In this document: positions 59,601 through 64,000 of the stretch, one piece after another
Layout of the letters: each line of letters starts with the position of its first letter
Numbering within the stretch: the stretch's first letter is position 1
NCBI GenBank assembly: GCA_951406725.2
Contig: OX597822.1
Coordinates: forward strand, 22,754,001 to 22,818,000
DNA length: 64,000 nucleotides
DNA from: Octopus vulgaris
Taxonomy: Eukaryota
Direction: 5' to 3'
The notes under the pieces: generated by a model
Seen by the model: only the letters and a program-made list of their open reading frames with translations
Told to the model about the DNA's origin: nothing
The model's database searches: none
Made by a program: the position numbers and the translations under genes

Positions 59601-62600
59601 TGTTGACATACAAATTTCTATAGAACATTAATGGAATCAACCTCACCGATCTTGGAAGGCTTTCAAATATCAGGCACAAATATATCTCATCGCACCACAT
59701 ACACCCATTTTAAAAATCAATTGAATTCTCTGAGTTATCTCCCTTGCTCTTGACAATGCTTAGTGGTTAGATTGTTGCACTCACAACCTTGAGATCGTGG
59801 TTTCAATTCCTGGACAGAGTAGTGTGTTGTGTTCTTGAGCAAAACATTTCATCTTACATTGCTCTGCAATCACTTTGACACCTGTTCAAGCAATGTCGAT
59901 TTGATAGAGTGAGCCAGTGTACAGCACAAATATTTGATCACAATAAACAAATTAAGGTAGTATTTCCAGACGACCAGATATATCATCAGATTGGTAATGA
60001 GTAATGCAGTTTGTATGAAGGTGATGCTTATTTATGAATATCTCATGTAGCCAAGACAAAGGGACACAAATACACATTGTCTGAGTGTGCATGTTCATGT
60101 TGGTGTATGTCAGTGTGAATGCTTATATCTTGCACACTGAACAAAAGTTTCGAGCCATGGAAGATTTTTGTTGACATTTCCTTGTCAATAAATTTTCTGG
60201 TAGCTTTGCACTTTCAAAGAAAGTGTTAGTGAAAGGAAGAATATCTAGTTGTAACAACAATACCTCAATAATGTATTCATCTAACCCATGCTAGCATGGA
60301 GAAATAAACAAACAAAATTTTGCAGTTTCCAACTACCAAATTTCACTCATAAAACATCGGTCAACCGAAAATTATATAAGACATCTGTCTAAAGTGGCTG
60401 GCAGTGGGATTGAATGCAGAAATACTTGGTTCTAAAATGAGCTTCTTAACCCATAACCACATCTATGGTTATTTGGATAGAATCACTTCAAGTAAAATAC
60501 CATATCCTATTTTAGTAACATATTTTACCAGAATCTATCATATTTTCTTTCACATAACAAATCCAATAGATTTCCGTGCATGCAGACTCTATTCCGTCAG
60601 AAGGGTGTTGTTTTCGTTCATTTGAAAATCATAACTAACTTCTCAATCCAGTGTCGCTTTTACAAAGGAGTCTGCACACCAATGGGGACTAAGACAAATT
60701 GCTTGTATGAAATTAAAAGCTATAAAGTTTCCACTTTATCAAACAAAAACTTGCAAGACAAAAAAAACTGTCTGGATGAAGACCATCAGACAACCAATGC
60801 CCAAATGATCCTGTGTATATATAAATATTATTTTACCATGATGGAAAAGAACGAATTATATCTTATAATTACTAATAATCAAGATGTAAAGAGTACAGCC
60901 TTGTCTTTACTAATGTCACTTTGAATTAATGAGATACAAAAATTAAGTAATATTTATATATGTCATGGCAGTTGAGTACCAGACTATATAATGCAGTATT
61001 TAATTAGTCCCATTCTTGTATATTCTGAGATCAAATCCGATTAGAGTTGATAAAATAAGTATCAAAAAACATTGAAGTCAATTTAATCAACTATACCCAC
61101 CCGCTTATAAATTAATTAAATGGTGTCATTGAGAGAAAATAAAATCATTATTTATTTACCAAGCTTGTGGTTTACAAGTATTATACTGTGCTTGATAAGA
61201 TAATTTACTCTACTTTGCCAAACATTTCATGGTTCAGCATCATTGTTTTAACACTCACTTTCCCACACTTGCATGGGTCAGACAAAATTTATAGAGCTTT
61301 TCTATAGCTAAATGACCTTCCTGTTGCCAATTCTTACCTGTTTCCAACCAAGGTATTTATTAACCCATGGCTAGACATGTTTTCATATAAGACTGGAAAC
61401 AAAGGCATTGCTTGTATGATGACACTTGTTTTACAACAATCGCACGTCAAGATTACATGATACACACGTGTATACATATATATGATAGGCTTTGATCGAC
61501 CTTGGGCTATCATAGAAGACACTTGCAAGTCTACCCACCAACAGGATATGGTATCAACAACTATTTTTGGCAGAACATTACACCAAAAACTGCTTTTATT
61601 ACATAATAATAACCTCCTTCATTATCCTCTGTACATTTCTCAAAATGTTGCAGCTTAATAGTTATAAATTAAAAGAAACAAAATTAGGATTCAGACTGAA
61701 TATTTGAAATGTTATTATTATTTTTTTTAACTTCACATTCTTCCCTTAAGAAACAAGATTTTTCTGCCACCAATTCTAGTGAAAGAACACAGGTAACCTT
61801 GTTATGATGAATGCCATCTAACTGCTCCTTGCACAGAACTGATTGGTTCACATAGCAGCTTTTTTCTTTTCAGATATGCTCTTCATTTCCTTCCATAATT
61901 GAACTATTTCTCTCCTTAAAACTGGCAGAAGGGCATCATTTTATTTTATAGTATGAAGTAGTTATACTAGGGTAATTTTCTAAATAAATTTCAATTGAAC
62001 AATTACCACACATACTACAACAGCTATGATATGATTTGTGTTAACTTATTATGGAGAATGGCTGAAGACTTTTATGTTTACATCCCATTACTGGTGATGT
62101 GCTGTACTCTCAATGAAAAAAAAGGTGTTTTTGCTACTTTTCTCACCTGACAGAAAAGTAGGTTACTACAAAAAATAATAAATAAAAATAATAAAAGAGG
62201 AAGAACTTGACTAAATAAGCACTGAATTAACTGTAAATTAAGTTTTTTTATACATTAATTTCATAAACAAATGGTCAATGACAAAAAAAGAACAACAGAA
62301 TGGTTTGCTTCTTTTTTTTTTGTAGTACCAAAATTTATAATGGATAAATATGCAATTATTTACACCAGCAATTTGTTTTTTGTTTTCTCATTTTCATTGC
62401 AGTTACATTTATTGTTGTTGTTTTTTTAAGTCTGTGTATGCCACCAAACATAACACCGATAGGACATCTAAAAAAGGAAAACTGTACAATACCTTTTAAA
62501 ACTGAAGGGTCTGAAAATAAATTCAGACAAATACAAATACTACAAAAAAAAAAAAAAGTTGCATATTTAACAATGGTAGGTACAAAGATCTTAAAAAAAA

Positions 62601-64000
62601 AAAAACAACCAACATTTTTTTCTTCATTATTATATTTTTTCTCTTCTGTTCTGTCAAGTCCTTTTCAAAATACTACCACATGTTATGTTACAAAGTTCAT
62701 AAATACCAATCCATACGCTCACTGTTTTTTTATTTATCACCTCAGCTTCACCAGTTTCAAGCTGGGTTTGGGATTTTTCGCCTCCACAAAATGCTATTTT
62801 GATTGAATGATTATTGATAGATTCATTTTTGGTGATGGTTATTTTCAAGATGAGAGGAAAGGAGAGTCTTTATGGTGATGTTGAATTGTTGATATATGTT
62901 CGTGTGTGTATATATATATATATATATATAACAAAAACATGCCATAAACTGTCTTTGTCTCTTCTCCAAATTTAATTTCTATCCTGATATGACTCAATAT
63001 TATGTTAGCTCAGTCAGTGACTTGTGAATGTTTAAAGCTGGTATAATGTAAGTGATCAAGAAAAATGATAAACATGAAGATGATGATGATGGTGGTGATG
63101 ACAAGGATGACTGACAATGGTAATGATACTGATGATCAGGATGTTAATTATACTATTTTCAACAGTATAGACATCTTATTTACAAATGTTGAGGAAAAAA
63201 GGTGACCAAACTTTTGACATTATAAAAATAAATAATTAAAAAAAGCAGCTATATGAATAAAACCAGTGCCCTAGCAGACATGTTATACACATTGTGTCTG
63301 AGTGATATTTAATGTAATTAATGTAAGGTAAGAATCGATAATAAATCTGTATTTAGATTTTGGTAGCATCATCAACTACAGCCAAGTCAGACGAAGGAGA
63401 CTGTTACCAGAACAGGAATTATCATTATTAAAAAAAAAAGGTAAATAACAGCTGCTCTCATACAGTTCAAAATTTCTCTTGATTCCTTTCATTCAATAAT
63501 TTTTCTTGTCTAAAATTTTTGTGATTGTATGAAGGATTCTAGGAATTTTGAGAGAATTGGAAATCATCTCAGATGATAACAATAGGTAGGAAAATAATTA
63601 AAAAAAGGACAAATTGCAACTGCTTAACTGTTTCATACATAATGCAAAGGTGGATCACATCATTTCCTATGAACCACCAAAGGGCAACATATAAGAAATT
63701 TCAAAGTAGTTTTACTTTTGTTTCAGGTAATGGTTTAGATTTTGGATAAACCTAACTAGAAAGGAAAATGGTATAAAAAAACAGAAGTGTTTCCTTATGC
63801 ACTGAATGTTCTGTTCTGAGAAATTCATAGCTAACAATATTGAGTCATAAACAAGATAGATATAAAGCATGAAAACTGAGTACTCAGTCCTTGATTGAGT
63901 CAAGAAAAACAGTCTACACAATTTATCTTTTTTTCTTTTTTCATGCCTTACGCAATGTGACAACATTTTTTCTACACAGCTTATGATTTAAGTCCTCCAT

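Noticed and set aside
61793-61873. Apparent 81-nt GT-AG intron on the + strand
   Set aside because: Flanks have no recognisable coding sequence; such signals occur by chance in AT-rich DNA.

Overview
Eukaryotic, AT-rich, repeat-dense genomic DNA. The SINE/MITE families and microsatellites look like those of a coleoid cephalopod (Octopus-like; inferred). The only complete protein-coding gene I can support is DIS3/Rrp44, the catalytic subunit of the RNA exosome, on the + strand: 23 GT-AG coding exons from ATG 15128 to TAA 51966, 2850 nt, 949 aa, with intact CR3, PIN, RNB and S1 regions and a C-terminal basic NLS. The rest is transposon debris: a Helitron derivative with both ends in intron 16, Gypsy, hAT/Buster, mariner, Tc1/pogo-like, R4/Dong, CR1, RTE and Penelope fragments, MITEs and many SINEs. 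A possible first exon of a divergent minus-strand gene lies near 3.4-3.6 kb. I see no clearly new gene system. The most interesting unexplained structures are hammerhead-ribozyme-like motifs (51278-51383, 35442-35477, 56264-56299), long fold-back palindromes (58221-58505, 34997-35145) and a MITE carrying telomere-like repeats (3688-4109). Coordinates were counted by eye and repeat boundaries are approximate.
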